DNA of 64,000 nucleotides, taken from contig PPNB01000001.1 of assembly GCA_003707115.1 (NCBI GenBank), positions 496,001 to 560,000 on the forward strand, given 5' to 3'. This document shows positions 62,308 through 64,000 of the stretch, one piece after another. The stretch is from Tortispora ganteri (Eukaryota). Within the stretch, counting starts at the first letter, position 1; every line of letters starts with the position of its first letter. The notes beneath the pieces were generated by a model, which saw only the letters and a list, made by a program, of their open reading frames with translations, was not told the origin of the DNA and did not search any database. Position numbers and translations under genes: made by a program.

Positions 62308-62817
62308 ATGAGTCAATCGTTGAGACCTTATTTGCAATGTGTGCGTCAGTCACTTGGCGGCGCTTTGTGTTTAGAGGATTTTGCGTCAGAGATTGTGGAA
62401 CGGCACAATGTTCCCGAAGTGGAAGCGCAGACGACGCCCTCTGCGGTTCTGGAACCGATAGTAATTTCCAGGAACGAAAATGAGAAAGTACTAATTGAAC
62501 CAAGTATTAATTCTGTGAGGTTGAGTATTGCGATAAAGCAGGCCGACGAGATTGAAGGCATACTAGTGCACATGCTTACGCGGTTTCTGACTGCTCGAGC
62601 TGAGGCGTTTAGAATTCTGCGACGGAAGGCAGTAGATGGCTACGACATTTCGTTTCTGATTACAAATGTGCACACGGAACAAATGCTCAGACACAAACTA
62701 GTCGATTTCATTGTCCAGTTTATGGAAGATGTCGATAGAGAGATCAGCGAAATGAAACTGTTTCTCAATGCTCGAGCCAGATTTGTCGCAGAAGCTTTCT
62801 TAGCGCCATTCGATTAG
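62308..62817 (+). CDS. ARC19: Arp2/3 complex subunit ARPC4
   Basis: MSQSLRPYL...[10 protein letters not shown]...[10 protein letters not shown]. Confidence 0.95.
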   Translation: MSQSLRPYLQCVRQSLGGALCLEDFASEIVERHNVPEVEAQTTPSAVLEPIVISRNENEKVLIEPSINSVRLSIAIKQADEIEGILVHMLTRFLTARAEAFRILRRKAVDGYDISFLITNVHTEQMLRHKLVDFIVQFMEDVDREISEMKLFLNARARFVAEAFLAPFD

Positions 62818-63007
62818 CGGTGCTGATCGAATGAATAGTTAGAGAAAAAACAATATGATCTTACATGGGAAGCAACCAGTAGGTATGGATAGTGTAGCTA
62901 CGAATGTGCAACTTTAGAAGCAGGTACCGGTGTTTCGAATAAGAATACAGAAATAAAATAACTTTCCTTTTTTTTTTTAATTAAAAAATGTTCAAAGGCA
63001 GCTTACT

Positions 63008-63526
63008 CTAGAGTTTAGCGAGCACAGCGTCAGCACTAGATACAGAGACATCTGTGCCGGGCTCTTTCTCTATGTAAGCTACCTTTCCTTTCTCGTCTAC
63101 GACGATAGCATATCGGCCAGTTCGCACACCGAGTCCTCTAGCAGTGAGGTCGACAGAGAAGCCAATTGACTTTGAGAATTCTGCATTCGGATCAGAAGCA
63201 AAGATGATGAAGTTGTTAGTGACGCCATTAGCTTTACCCCAAGCCGACAGAACGAAAGGATCGTTGGCAGAGATGAAGATGATATGTTCGACACCCTTGG
63301 CTTGGAACTTCTGGGCCTCCTGTATGTAGGGTGGAAGGTGGTTAGCTGAGCATGTAGGGGTGAATGCGCCAGGGACAGCGACAATGACGAACTTTTTGCC
63401 CTTGAACTCTTCGAGAGGCTTGAGGTTAATGGGGATGCCGCAAGCTTTGATGTCCGCGGTCTCAGGGGTATAAGGGATGTACTTGAAAGTGATATTTGGG
63501 AAACTGTCGTTAACACTTAAAACCAT
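63008..63526 (-). CDS. AHP1: Prx5-type peroxiredoxin with PTS1 (Ahp1/Pmp20)
   Basis: PGAFTPTCS active site, NDPFV, C-terminal AKL. Confidence 0.88.
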   Translation of the reverse strand: MVLSVNDSFPNITFKYIPYTPETADIKACGIPINLKPLEEFKGKKFVIVAVPGAFTPTCSANHLPPYIQEAQKFQAKGVEHIIFISANDPFVLSAWGKANGVTNNFIIFASDPNAEFSKSIGFSVDLTARGLGVRTGRYAIVVDEKGKVAYIEKEPGTDVSVSSADAVLAKL

Positions 63527-64000
63527 GGCGACGTAATGATAAATCGAACCAGCGACAGAGTAGACAACTTATATTCGAATATGACGATAATTAACAACTC
63601 AGGTCTCAGTAATGAATGTTACGTAATTGAGGCGAGGTCTGATGAACCGAAGGCCTAAGAAATGCCTGAAAAGGGAGGTGCGGCTCAGTGGGAAGATTGG
63701 CCTCTGTTTCCTGGAGCGTTCGTCAACACCTTATGGACAGTAACCTAGTCCATTAGCCAAGAGCACACAGTAAATTTGCGAGGGAAGATCGGCAGTGATA
63801 GGTGTGCGGCAAACTGTAGCTTAGCTACGGCATGAGGTTTGCGGCGTGCAAGAGAGTTAGCGGAAAAGTGTGTGGGCAAAATTAATTTACGAGCTTATGC
63901 GATTGGGCCGGCCGATGAACCCAGATTGGGACATATGCTCTGGGAAAGTATGGAATTAGTAGAAGCGATCAATTCGGGGACCGGCAATATTGATAAAGAA

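Noticed and set aside
1..64000. Metabolic gene cluster, transposon, tRNA, CRISPR or alternative CUG code
   Set aside because: Neighbouring genes are functionally unrelated; no LTR, transposase or tRNA cloverleaf was seen; CTG occupies conserved Leu positions (e.g. fimbrin TLWLN)

Overview
Eukaryotic nuclear DNA from a very gene-dense ascomycete yeast. The standard genetic code fits (CTG reads as Leu at conserved fimbrin positions). Introns are few and mostly short, with GTAAGT donors and CTAAC branch points close to the 3' AG. These traits suggest an early-diverging Saccharomycotina yeast (inference). About 39 protein genes are present, mostly housekeeping (CDC15-like kinase, UBP3, PFA5, SAC6, OXP1, SHM1, PFD1, SRP1, HNT3, RPS10, ASC1, ARP1, ATG37, RPC82, QCR2, MAK10, ATP15, MRS2, VMA4, SHB17, MIC19, UBP6, ARC19, AHP1). 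Six of them were rebuilt as spliced genes. An intronic U24/snR24 snoRNA lies in ASC1. No tRNA, rRNA, transposon or CRISPR was recognised. The main leads are: (1) a hairpin-rich interval between ASC1 and a Par32-like gene carrying CUAACCCUAAC on the minus strand, a candidate telomerase RNA; (2) a bacterial-type esterase that may be horizontally acquired; (3) a U24 whose second guide has diverged; (4) an SHMT lacking the eukaryotic flap insert and carrying a second in-frame ATG; (5) a short, divergent STAG/Rec11-like cohesin subunit; (6) an unexplained 1.3 kb interval between convergent genes; (7) Tbf1/Homol-D/E-type promoter motifs. All homology calls are from motif recognition only; no searches were run.
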